DNA of 64,000 nucleotides from Candidatus Thalassarchaeum sp. GTDB lineage: Archaea > Thermoplasmatota > Poseidoniia > Poseidoniales > Thalassarchaeaceae. The notes below the pieces were generated by a model. The model ran no database searches. It had not been told where the DNA came from and saw only the letters and a program-made list of their open reading frames with translations. The stretch is taken from assembly GCA_022449945.1 (NCBI GenBank), contig JAKURM010000001.1:7569-71568 (forward strand), written 5' to 3'. Of the stretch, positions 31,842 through 40,502 are shown piece by piece. The position numbers and the translations under genes were made by a program. Each line of letters opens with the position of its first letter. Positions within the stretch are counted from its first letter, which is position 1.

Positions 31842-33063
31842 CTAGCAATGATTCCTCCTCCTCGGCCCTTTCAGCAAGGCTCCTGATTCCACTCTTCTCA
31901 CGAAGGTCCTTTTTCGTCTTGGCCCCCAGATCCTTTAGTTTCTCAGTTTGCTTGATTATGCTCCCTGATCCTTCTATCAAGCGATTTTCCGCCAAATCAT
32001 ATGCCTCCTTAGCTTGGCGAAGCTCGAAGCCGACACTAGTGAAAGACTCAAGAAAAAGCACTATTTTGTCGTGGAGCTTTCCCGCTCGATCTATCAACTC
32101 AATCTGGTTTTTTGTCTGATTCTCTTTTTGCCACATTTCTTTGACCAGAAGCAATACGATATCCAGCGCACCACTGGGCGTAATCTTCACTTTGTCGTAC
32201 GAGCTAACTTCCGAATAGAGCCCCGGGTTGTACCTTATCGCGTCGTAGAATGCACTGTCAAGCGGGGGGATCATTAGTACGAATTCAAGAGTTTTGACTC
32301 CCTCTAAATGATGATAGTTCTTCGAAGCGAGTTTTTTTGCATGAGAGCGAATCGATTCGCAGTGTCTTTTCATCGCCGTATTTTTTTCTTCTTCGTCTTG
32401 AGCCTCGATAAACTCGGTATACGCCTTTAGAGAGACTTTTGAATCTAGAACAACCTGTCTATCATTTGGAAGATTAATAATGAAATCAGCTAACTTCCTT
32501 GACCCATCTGCAGCTGTTTCCGAATACTGCTTAACGTAGTCCCGACCTTCTGCAAATCCCATTCTTTGGAGGGAATTCTCCAGAACTACTTCTCCCCATG
32601 TACCCTGGACTTGAGAGTCCCCCTTCAGTGCACGTGTGAGGTTGTTTGCATCATCTGAGATCTTTATCCCTGCTTCCACCATTGAGTCCAATCTCTCTCT
32701 AAGTGCAACGTTCATGTCGTTGTTGCCCCTTTCCAAATCAAGCAGTGCCTTCTGGTATTCCCCAATACTGGTTGATAATTTTTCAGTGGCCGTTTTGAAA
32801 GAAGACTCCTTTTCTTTGTCGGCCAACTCGATTGCCGTTGAGAAAGCTTCTCCCGCTGCCAATTTATACGCATCAAGCATTTGTTCTCGAGTTCCCTCGA
32901 AAACCTCTTCTTTGGCCTCAATAAGGGCCCTGAGGCGATACAACTCTTGTTCTGATGCAGTAGACTCAGCTGACCCTTTGCCTTTGGAAAGTAACCAACC
33001 TATGCTTGTACCAAATATCAGTCCGAGGACAATATATGCCAGTCCGAGCGCTTCCACATCCAA
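31774..33063 (-). CDS. rmuC: DNA recombination protein RmuC-family
   Basis: N-terminal TM anchor, long coiled-coil, conserved QVQGTWGEVVLENSLQRMGF...YVKQ and C-terminal RmuC domain. Confidence 0.75.
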   Translation of the reverse strand: MDVEALGLAYIVLGLIFGTSIGWLLSKGKGSAESTASEQELYRLRALIEAKEEVFEGTREQMLDAYKLAAGEAFSTAIELADKEKESSFKTATEKLSTSIGEYQKALLDLERGNNDMNVALRERLDSMVEAGIKISDDANNLTRALKGDSQVQGTWGEVVLENSLQRMGFAEGRDYVKQYSETAADGSRKLADFIINLPNDRQVVLDSKVSLKAYTEFIEAQDEEEKNTAMKRHCESIRSHAKKLASKNYHHLEGVKTLEFVLMIPPLDSAFYDAIRYNPGLYSEVSSYDKVKITPSGALDIVLLLVKEMWQKENQTKNQIELIDRAGKLHDKIVLFLESFTSVGFELRQAKEAYDLAENRLIEGSGSIIKQTEKLKDLGAKTKKDLREKSGIRSLAERAEEEESLLDGTSDDHGGLGRATIRRSHQNA

Positions 33064-33143
33064 GCATTATAATCGGGAGTATTTCAACTATCATGAAGAA
33101 TAGCAACTTTAGATTAATTCAATCGTCCCCCTCCCGGGATAAC

Positions 33144-33758
33144 ATGCGCCTCCGAACCCTGGCTATCGAACTCTCAAAACTGGAGGGCTTAACTGCGCAG
33201 AAATTAGAGTTCGAGCAATACCAAACTGGTGGGGATTTGGCCGCCCGTTGGCTTAGCGATATCCTGGCTTTTGATGATATTTCTGATGATTGCAGAGTAG
33301 CTGATTTAGGATCCGGAAATGGCATTCTAGGGATAGGGGCGGTACTTTTGGGAGCGAAATCAGCATTATTAGTTGAAATTGATGAAGAATCATGCTCAGT
33401 TTGCCGGAGAAACATCGCGTCTCTGGGTTTGGAAGAGCAGGTGGAGGTCGTGCAACTAGAAATTGGAAGGGATGATTTGGAAATTGGAGATTCTGATATC
33501 ATCATTTCCAATCCTCCTTGGGGCCGGCAAACAAGGGCGTCCGACAGGCCATTTATGGAAGAAATAATTTCTACCGGAGTAAAGGCCCATTTGATGCATA
33601 GTGCAGAAGCTACCCATGTTGAGAAATTTTTCATCGGTTCAGGCTGGGGCACAGAAAAATATGGCATTGCGGACTTTGCTCTGCCTTCTGCATATGATCA
33701 TCATACCAGGGAAAGAGGGAGAACAAAGGCAGTTTTCTGGCGAATGACCCCTCCATGA
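33144..33758 (+). CDS. METTL5-like N6-adenine rRNA/nucleic-acid methyltransferase (class I SAM MTase)
   Basis: MRLRTLAIELSKLEGL...KLEFEQYQT N-terminus like archaeal MJ0882/METTL5, ADLGSGNGILG SAM motif, NPPWG catalytic motif. ATG at 33144 chosen to avoid overlap with the divergent rmuC. Confidence 0.65.
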   Translation: MRLRTLAIELSKLEGLTAQKLEFEQYQTGGDLAARWLSDILAFDDISDDCRVADLGSGNGILGIGAVLLGAKSALLVEIDEESCSVCRRNIASLGLEEQVEVVQLEIGRDDLEIGDSDIIISNPPWGRQTRASDRPFMEEIISTGVKAHLMHSAEATHVEKFFIGSGWGTEKYGIADFALPSAYDHHTRERGRTKAVFWRMTPP

Positions 33759-33814
33759 TGGACATGCCGATTTAGGCCGGACCGTTCATAGGGGGTATTC
33801 CGGTCGGCGGGCCG

Positions 33815-35068
33815 ATGGCAGCATCCATAGGTGACCACGTTACTCCCGGCTCTCCAATAGAATTTGGCCCCGGGTCAGATTTTGGCGAGGGAATTCATGT
33901 TTCAGAAAAGGGTGCCGTGGCAGTCCTTTCAGGGCAAATAGTGAGTGATTCTGGGAAAATTTCTGTCGAATCATCCGTACCACCAATAAATTCGCCGAAG
34001 ATGGGCGATGTATTGATCGGTGAGGTGAACAGACTCAACGAGAAGACTGCAGAGATCAGAGTTCTTCATATTGAGTCAAACGAAGGGGGCCATAGGGCCG
34101 TACCGGCACTGAAGCTGTTCGCTGACATCTACGTTTCCGAGATAGTGGATCGATTCATCCCATCAGCGGGGGATGCCATGAGGAAGCGCGACATCGTCAG
34201 GGCGAAAGTGATCAAGGTTGAGCCGATGTTGAAGGCCACAACCAAGGGGGACTCCAAACTCGGGGTCCTCCATGCAGCATGTCCGCCTTGCGGGGTAGAA
34301 CTAGTTGTGAGCGAAAAGACCCCTGACTTCAACGTAGAATGCCCTCGATGCGACTACAGGGGTTTCAGGGCCCTTTCAAACGGCTTCGGGCATGGATTCG
34401 ATATCCCAAAAGGCTCTGACATCCAGAGCCTAAATCGTCCTGGCCAGAGATGGTCAGAAGAAGCGGAATCAATGCTTGGTCACGATGGAGCCCGCCCGTA
34501 CCTCTCACCCGTAGCCGATCATAGGCGTGGCTGGGCCCACGAGATCCCAGCATCAGCCAGGAGATCGCAATCCACAAGGGGCGGTGGGAGGCAGAAGAGG
34601 GAGATGTTCCCTACCGAATGCACTCTTTGCGGCGACTCGACCAAGGTTCCCTTCAAACCCACGCCCGGGAAGCCAATTCGTTGTAGGGGGTGCATGGAGA
34701 AAGTAGAGTCGGGCAATGCCGACAAGGATTCCCTCGCCAAGGAAAGGAAGATCATCAAGATGGCCAGAGAGAAGTCCCAAGGCGAAATTGGTGCCAAACT
34801 CTTCGTCGGTGGAATATCCTATGACGCATCCGAGGATGACCTCAGGGAGGCGTTTTCAACCCATGGCAAACTGAAGGAAGTCCACCTGGCCATGGACAAA
34901 GAAAAGAACAGGCCAAAGGGATTCGCATTCGTGACATTCTCCAGCAAGGAAGAAGCAAAGAAGGCAATTAAGGCATTGAATAACACCGAATTCAAGGGAA
35001 GGCGGATATCTGTAGAGGAATCAAAACCCCGTGGCCGAAATCGAAGCCAGGGTCGTAGAAGAAGATAA
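33815..35068 (+). CDS. csl4: exosome RNA-binding subunit Csl4 fused to an extra zinc ribbon and a C-terminal RRM domain
   Basis: Residues ~60-200 colinear with archaeal Csl4 (S1 domain GDVLIGEVNRL...VLHIESN...DIVRAKVIKV, Zn-ribbon CPPCG...ECPRCD). Then CTLCGDS...CRGCMEK. Then a canonical RRM (RNP2 LFVGGI, RNP1 KGFAFVTF). Confidence 0.7.
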   Translation: MAASIGDHVTPGSPIEFGPGSDFGEGIHVSEKGAVAVLSGQIVSDSGKISVESSVPPINSPKMGDVLIGEVNRLNEKTAEIRVLHIESNEGGHRAVPALKLFADIYVSEIVDRFIPSAGDAMRKRDIVRAKVIKVEPMLKATTKGDSKLGVLHAACPPCGVELVVSEKTPDFNVECPRCDYRGFRALSNGFGHGFDIPKGSDIQSLNRPGQRWSEEAESMLGHDGARPYLSPVADHRRGWAHEIPASARRSQSTRGGGRQKREMFPTECTLCGDSTKVPFKPTPGKPIRCRGCMEKVESGNADKDSLAKERKIIKMAREKSQGEIGAKLFVGGISYDASEDDLREAFSTHGKLKEVHLAMDKEKNRPKGFAFVTFSSKEEAKKAIKALNNTEFKGRRISVEESKPRGRNRSQGRRRR

Positions 35069-35097
35069 GCAATCTGAAATCACCGACCACCTACGAT

Positions 35098-36867
35098 GTG
35101 CTGGTTGACATGCCAGGGTGGCTAGTACTCGATGGTTACGAGGACGAGCCTGCAGCATTCGGGGTCCCTAATTACGTGGGCTTCCACATCCGTTACATTT
35201 GCGGTGTTTTCGAAAACCGAGGAATCCCGTACGAATACCTGACAATAGACCAGCTGAGAATCAATAAGAGAAAGGGCAAATCACCAATTCCCTCAGAATT
35301 GGAGGGTGTGGTAATCCTAGCTGGAGCAGTGGTTCCGGGGAAGTACGTCAGGGGAACTCCGATTAGCAGCAGGGAACTAGACCACTTACTCGCAGATATC
35401 CCCAAGGGGATCCCGGTTCTTTGTGGGGGTTGGGCAATTAGGCAGTGGAGATATTCAGGCTGGACCCCTCTGAGGGAATCCCTATTCTGTACGGTTCAGG
35501 ATGTCGATGCAACTCTGAATCACTATTTGGAGACTGGAGTCTGGGAAAATAGGAAGAGAGATGCCAAACAATGGGGAAGATGGGCTTTGTTGGGGGCTAA
35601 ATCGAAAGCGGTCACCAATCATCCTGATCTATTTTCTGCAGACGGCTCTGCTGGTCCCCTAACCTACGAAGTCGAACTCTACCAGGGATGCGTGCGTTTC
35701 AAGCGAGGATGCAAGTTCTGCATAGAGCCAAAAAAAGGAGTCCCACTATGGAGGGAAAGGAACGATGTTATCAATGAGATCACAAGTGCTCTTGATTCTG
35801 GAGTAAGGAATGTCAGGATAGGCGGGGCAACTGACATCTACACTTACAAGGCGGAAGGAGTGGAAGAACTGGAATACCCATTGCCCAATCCCGAGCCCAT
35901 CTCGCAGATACTCTACCAACTCAGGGAGGACGAACGTGTCGAAGTACTGCATGTGGACAATGCCAATCCCTCGATTATCGCTGAAAACATGGAGCCAGCT
36001 AGGGAGATAACCCAGACCCTTGTGGATACCCTGACGGATGGGGCGGTCCTTTCCTTTGGTCTCGAATCTGCCGATACCAAGGTCCATGATGAGAACTGGT
36101 TGAATTGCAACCCGGGTCAACTTTTGGAAGCAGTTCGAATGGTGAACGAGTTCGGCCGTGAAAGAGGCGAAAGAGGACTCCCAAGACTACTTCCTGGTCT
36201 GAACTTCATCGCAGGACTAAATGGCGAGACAGAAGCAACTTATTCTGAGAACATCAGGCTGTTGAGAAAATTGAGGAGCGAGGGCCTGTGGCTTAGGAGG
36301 ATAAACATCAGGCAAGTAGAGGGGCAGGGATTCCAGGAAGTTCCGACAAGAATATTTAGAGAATTCAAGAAGAATGTGAGGGAGGAGATTGACACACCCC
36401 TCCTGGAAGAAATGCTTCCAGTCGGGACAGTTCTGAAGGACGTATGGTGGGAGTCACACAAGGATCGAATACGAAGGCCTGAGCAAGTGTTCGATCCATC
36501 TTTCAGAGACCCCCTCATTCATGGTAGTTCGGGAATCTCATTCGGTAGGCAGATTGGCGCTTATCCCATACTTGTCGGAGTTCGATACAGAATTCCTTTG
36601 GAGACACGCTCAGACATAATGGTGACGAGTCATGGGAGTAGGAGTGTCTCTGGAGTTGAGTTGGGTCTTGATGTGAATAGTGTAACACAACAGCAACTGG
36701 AGGCAATTCCTGGTATTGGAAAGAAGTCAGCCTGGGCCATCGTAAGAACTAGGGCCATGCTCGCCGGGCCCGAGTCCCAAGCATCATTCTCCACTGTAAC
36801 TGAAGCATTCGAAGAGTCAGGCCTAGATGTGCCAGAGTTGGCAACGACTGTCCTCGGGTCCCATTAG
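35098..36867 (+). CDS. putative radical-SAM-like Fe-S enzyme with C-terminal helix-hairpin-helix motif
   Basis: 589 aa. Cys cluster GCVRFKRGCKFC (Cx6Cx2C, non-canonical spacing). C-terminal LEAIPGIGKKSAWAIV HhH. Family not resolved by eye. Confidence 0.4.
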   Translation: MLVDMPGWLVLDGYEDEPAAFGVPNYVGFHIRYICGVFENRGIPYEYLTIDQLRINKRKGKSPIPSELEGVVILAGAVVPGKYVRGTPISSRELDHLLADIPKGIPVLCGGWAIRQWRYSGWTPLRESLFCTVQDVDATLNHYLETGVWENRKRDAKQWGRWALLGAKSKAVTNHPDLFSADGSAGPLTYEVELYQGCVRFKRGCKFCIEPKKGVPLWRERNDVINEITSALDSGVRNVRIGGATDIYTYKAEGVEELEYPLPNPEPISQILYQLREDERVEVLHVDNANPSIIAENMEPAREITQTLVDTLTDGAVLSFGLESADTKVHDENWLNCNPGQLLEAVRMVNEFGRERGERGLPRLLPGLNFIAGLNGETEATYSENIRLLRKLRSEGLWLRRINIRQVEGQGFQEVPTRIFREFKKNVREEIDTPLLEEMLPVGTVLKDVWWESHKDRIRRPEQVFDPSFRDPLIHGSSGISFGRQIGAYPILVGVRYRIPLETRSDIMVTSHGSRSVSGVELGLDVNSVTQQQLEAIPGIGKKSAWAIVRTRAMLAGPESQASFSTVTEAFEESGLDVPELATTVLGSH

Positions 36868-36880
36868 AAGAGTCCAATTC

Positions 36881-37623
36881 TCAAACATAGAAGTCAGTCG
36901 ATACTTCTGCCTCTTCTTCTCCTAGAATATTCTCTATCGTTCCCATAGGATCAATCTCTTTCATCAGCCTCGCTGCAGTCCTTTCTGTGGTATCTAGATC
37001 CAGGTCGAGAGGAATATCGAATGCCTGTTCAATCCATTTTGCCATTCGGTCGGCAGCCATAACGTCACAACTAGTTCCAACCGTCTCGGCTATGATTCCA
37101 GCAGCATTCACTCCCTTCAAAGAGGATAGAGCCAGCCCCATCCCTGCTATCCCAATCATTCCACTATTGGGCTGCTCCCTGGATACTATGTCCTGAATCT
37201 CGCATCCGCGCAAATTACGTGTATCGATCGATCTTCTGGGCCAGACGCTAATCCGGCTAGAACTAGCAACCTCGGGGCGGACGATTTCGATGCCAGTTCA
37301 AGTATCGATTCGGAAACCTCAAACTGGCCCGCAGCGGTCATTGGCTGCATTAGGCCAGTGATTCCAACCAGTGTTTCCCCATTGGGGATTAGAATTGACT
37401 TCAATTCCAACCTCGGCGGGCGAATCAGACCCTCCTCATCCAGGTTTGCATGGGGGGGGAAGTCCGGATGAATGATCCAACCCAACGTTCTCGATGGATG
37501 CTTCTTGACCAATCCGTCTATCACAATCTTGCCAACGTTTCCTATTCCTGGGACTGCCTCCAGAATGGTGCAGCCCTCTGGCATAGACTCCCCTTCGAGC
37601 CAGTGAACTGTGGACCGACTCAT
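36881..37623 (-). pseudogene. PAC2-family proteasome assembly chaperone (archaeal COG1938), apparently frameshifted into two overlapping ORFs (37186..37623 and 36881..37213)
   Basis: N-terminal part has the GIGNVG motif. The two frames overlap ~37186-37297. The combined length of ~255 aa equals a normal PAC2 protein. nop10 stop and PAC2 start overlap (ATGA). Confidence 0.5.
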
Positions 37624-37832
37624 TCCTCGTCACTCTTCCTAGGACTTGGTAGGGTATCGACCCACTCTTGACTGCCTGCATCGACTCTTTTCCTCCTCCT
37701 TGCACCTTGTGGGTCTTCAGGAGAGAATTTCAGGGGCGCAACGGCTTCCATGCCCCCTCCACACTGTTCGCATTTTGCCCCTAGTCCGAAATTCCTGCAC
37801 TCCTTGCACCTTTGCAACCTCGTCCTTGCCAT
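37620..37832 (-). CDS. nop10: H/ACA ribonucleoprotein subunit Nop10
   Basis: LQRCKECRNFGLGAKCEQCGG...APLKFSPEDP matches the Nop10 zinc-ribbon and FSPED motif. Confidence 0.8.
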   Translation of the reverse strand: MARTRLQRCKECRNFGLGAKCEQCGGGMEAVAPLKFSPEDPQGARRRKRVDAGSQEWVDTLPSPRKSDEE

Positions 37833-37892
37833 AGTGTTCGACCAATAGCCCCTCTAATGGGTAAATGAACTATCTTCCTTTTATGGGCATGC

Positions 37893-38681
37893 TCACAAGC
37901 GTTCTATTGCAATCGAACCCTCGACCGAAGCAATGCTTTCTTCGGCTGCATTCTGCGCTGCTTCCCAAACTTCCTCGGCAGATGGATAATCAGGGGCTTT
38001 GACATCCACCCTATAGTGGGGAGCACCATCGTAATGGCATGTTAGGACAACGTCCTCGTTACCTTCTGCACAGGCTTCTGCTGAAAGAAGGGCCTTCCGA
38101 ATCGCGTTTACCCCCTCAGGTCCCCAGACTTTGATGTCAAAGACTCCTCTGATTTCAACGAACGGGGGGACGATGTTCTCAAACGCTAACTCGGTCACCA
38201 CTTCGATCCAAGAACCTTCGAATCCAGCATCTGAAAGTGCCGAATCGCTGATTGCACACTCTTCCAAGGCACCGTACAGGGAACCGAAAGCCGACTTCAT
38301 CTCATCTGATATTGTCACTGTCTTGGATTCTTCCCACCCAATCCTTTCAGCTGCAACCCTCATGATCTGAGCTGCCCTCTGCTCGTTCTTCCAGGACTGC
38401 AGGGCACCCCTCCTTCTCTCTTCCGAAACTGATTTGATGGACAGCGTGATGCTCTCTCTTTCCAGGTTTACTCCGATTACCTTGGCAACTACCCTCTGCC
38501 CCTCTCTGATATGCGTCCTAATATTCCGGACCCATCCAGTGGCAATTTCACCTATGAAAACGAATCCATCTTTCTCGGGAAAAGTGTCGAGTGAGAGATA
38601 CGCTCCGTTCTCCTTCACACTCTTTACGGAGCAGACGACCAACTCGCCTTCTTCAGGCCAGTCGTTCGCTTCCCCACTCAA
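37893..38681 (-). CDS. eif2a: translation initiation factor aIF-2 alpha subunit
   Basis: S1 domain GELVVCSVKSVKENGAYLSL...GFVFIGEIATGWVRNIRTHIREGQRVVAKVIGVN, 262 aa. Confidence 0.9.
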   Translation of the reverse strand: MSGEANDWPEEGELVVCSVKSVKENGAYLSLDTFPEKDGFVFIGEIATGWVRNIRTHIREGQRVVAKVIGVNLERESITLSIKSVSEERRRGALQSWKNEQRAAQIMRVAAERIGWEESKTVTISDEMKSAFGSLYGALEECAISDSALSDAGFEGSWIEVVTELAFENIVPPFVEIRGVFDIKVWGPEGVNAIRKALLSAEACAEGNEDVVLTCHYDGAPHYRVDVKAPDYPSAEEVWEAAQNAAEESIASVEGSIAIERL

Positions 38682-38693
38682 GATGCCGCCCCT

Positions 38694-38888
38694 CTAATTC
38701 AGAACCTCAACCACTGTGCAGCCTGTGAGATTAGCCATTCCACCTGATGGCTCTGCAAGCGTCGAACCACAGATCGAGCAAGAAATTGATGTCGATGCTC
38801 TGTCAAAGATTGTACATTCGTTTCCGCAGTCACGACAGCTAACCTTCAGGAACCTACCAGTCACAATCTCCCCTCCTTCAATTGTCAA
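38694..38888 (-). CDS. rps27e: 30S ribosomal protein S27e
   Basis: FLKVSCRDCGNECTIFDRASTSISCSICGSTL C4 zinc-ribbon. Confidence 0.9.
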   Translation of the reverse strand: MTIEGGEIVTGRFLKVSCRDCGNECTIFDRASTSISCSICGSTLAEPSGGMANLTGCTVVEVLN

Positions 38889-39159
38889 CTAGTTCGAACT
38901 TCCTTGCCCTCTTCCCCTTTGGAGAGTGGGCCTTTCCCGTTTCAGTGCATCTGTAGACAAGATTAACTCTCTTTGTTGGCTTCTCACCCGAAGGCTTCGG
39001 TCTAGGGAAACCTCGGTATCCCGAGGTCACCCTACGGAATCTCCTCTGCCCCCACTTAAGCTCACTAGCCCTTCTCTTCTTGACTCGTTCTACAGTGTGC
39101 TCAGTGTGCTTTCCAGCATATGGGCTGTACCTCATTACCTTCCGGGGCATCTTGACCAT
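38878..39159 (-). CDS. rpl44e: 50S ribosomal protein L44e
   Basis: MVKMPRKVMRYSPYAGKHTEHTVERVKK...; start taken at the internal ATG 39159. Confidence 0.9.
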   Translation of the reverse strand: MVKMPRKVMRYSPYAGKHTEHTVERVKKRRASELKWGQRRFRRVTSGYRGFPRPKPSGEKPTKRVNLVYRCTETGKAHSPKGKRARKFELVDN

Positions 39160-39289
39160 GCTGTCACCTCGCAACTCGTGCGCGGCGAGCCACCAATGGC
39201 CCGTATATGAACTAGTCGAGCGCCGCAATTTGGGCCATTATTGGCCATGGGACAAAAAACAACATGAATCGACCTCCTAGCCCGGAGTC

Positions 39290-39859
39290 ATGGCCGCTGA
39301 CATGCCGTTGCAAATACTAGGCTCCCCTATGGTCTTCTGGCTTTCTTTATTTTTGATATTTGCAGGGATCAGCATGCACCGAATGGGACCTTCATTCGAC
39401 AGGAGCAGATTTGGATTGCCCATTGCATGCATAGGGGTAGTTTTCCTGTTCTCTCCTTCTCCCGATTCAGTTCATCCCGAGGCCACAGTAATCGACTCAA
39501 TGGCCTCTTCGTTTACTTGGTTAGTTTGTGCAATATCGGGAACTTATCTGATTGTGGGGTCATCTCCGAATTATGGAGTTTCGAACCCATTATCAACCGG
39601 GATTGGTTGGATTTTGGTAATTTCATCATGGTATTTTGCAACTCCTTCTCTAATTTCATTAGAAATTGATTTGGCATTGGATGGAATTGCGGGAATATTG
39701 GGCTTTGTGACGGGATTATTGGCATTCTCCCTAGGAATTTGGATTGCAGAGGGAAGGTCTTCAATTGTGGGGGTATCTAAGCCACTTTCCGAAGATGAAG
39801 TGCGTTTAGTCCAAACAATTCTTGTTAGGCGAATCGGGAGTGAGATGGATGACAATTGA
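39290..39859 (+). CDS. hypothetical polytopic membrane protein
   Basis: 189 aa, ~5 hydrophobic segments. The downstream gene overlaps by 11 nt (ATGACAATTGA). Confidence 0.4.
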   Translation: MAADMPLQILGSPMVFWLSLFLIFAGISMHRMGPSFDRSRFGLPIACIGVVFLFSPSPDSVHPEATVIDSMASSFTWLVCAISGTYLIVGSSPNYGVSNPLSTGIGWILVISSWYFATPSLISLEIDLALDGIAGILGFVTGLLAFSLGIWIAEGRSSIVGVSKPLSEDEVRLVQTILVRRIGSEMDDN

Positions 39860-40175
39860 ACTGCTCCCCATCTTGGAAGCATTTTCCGGAGGAATCATCA
39901 TCTCATCATTATTCTTCATTACTCACATTTTTTCTTCGATTAATCCCTATCATAAGCCGTTATTTCCTCTAGCCTCTTGTATTTCCATGATCATATTTGT
40001 CGCACTTATCGTTTCATCGACTTCGGATGAGTCCGTAATTACTTCAGTAAGGATAGTAACTTCCGATGCAGCATTAGGAATAATCGCCTTACTACCACTT
40101 TCCCTAGCCATCCTGACTTATTTCTTGATAGGGCAAACTTTCCCGAAGGGAAGATCCGGTCATGAACCCCAATGA
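39849..40175 (+). CDS. hypothetical small membrane protein (start at internal ATG MTIELLP)
   Basis: 3 predicted TM segments, coupled to the upstream membrane-protein gene. Confidence 0.35.
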   Translation: MTIELLPILEAFSGGIIISSLFFITHIFSSINPYHKPLFPLASCISMIIFVALIVSSTSDESVITSVRIVTSDAALGIIALLPLSLAILTYFLIGQTFPKGRSGHEPQ

Positions 40176-40264
40176 TTCCCCATCCCCCGGCCAATTAGCA
40201 TATTTCGTTGGATAACCCTCATATCAAGTTGGCCGGTGGCCGCGTCGTTCTAGGGTGATAGTGT

Positions 40265-40450
40265 ATGTCAAAGGGCACACCAAGTATGGGTAAGAGGCAG
40301 AAGTCTACACACATTCGGTGCAGGCGCTGTGGACGACACTCTTACCACAAGCAAAAGGGCCAATGTGCAAGTTGTGGATACGGCAGCACCTCCCGAATCC
40401 GGAAGTTCAGGTGGAATAAGAGAAGCAGAACGATGTGGCAGAAGAAGTGA
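40265..40450 (+). CDS. rpl37e: 50S ribosomal protein L37e
   Basis: [25 protein letters not shown] zinc ribbon, 61 aa. Confidence 0.9.
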   Translation: MSKGTPSMGKRQKSTHIRCRRCGRHSYHKQKGQCASCGYGSTSRIRKFRWNKRSRTMWQKK

Positions 40451-40502
40451 CTCCAGTCAGAAAACCACTAAGTCCCAGTTGCATACCGAGGATCGGTATC
40501 CG

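Noticed and set aside
40187-40236. 8-bp inverted repeat CCGGCCAA...TTGGCCGG with a 34-nt loop upstream of rpl37e
   Set aside because: The arms are short and the loop long; it is within the range expected by chance in a GC-rich spacer. A GGCCA-ttat-TGGCC element at 39233-39246 is similarly weak.
40329-40502. 5' part of the ORF-track purF entry, which overlaps rpl37e
   Set aside because: It is in a different frame overlapping a ribosomal protein gene. The canonical PurF N-terminus MCGIVG begins at the in-frame ATG 40503.
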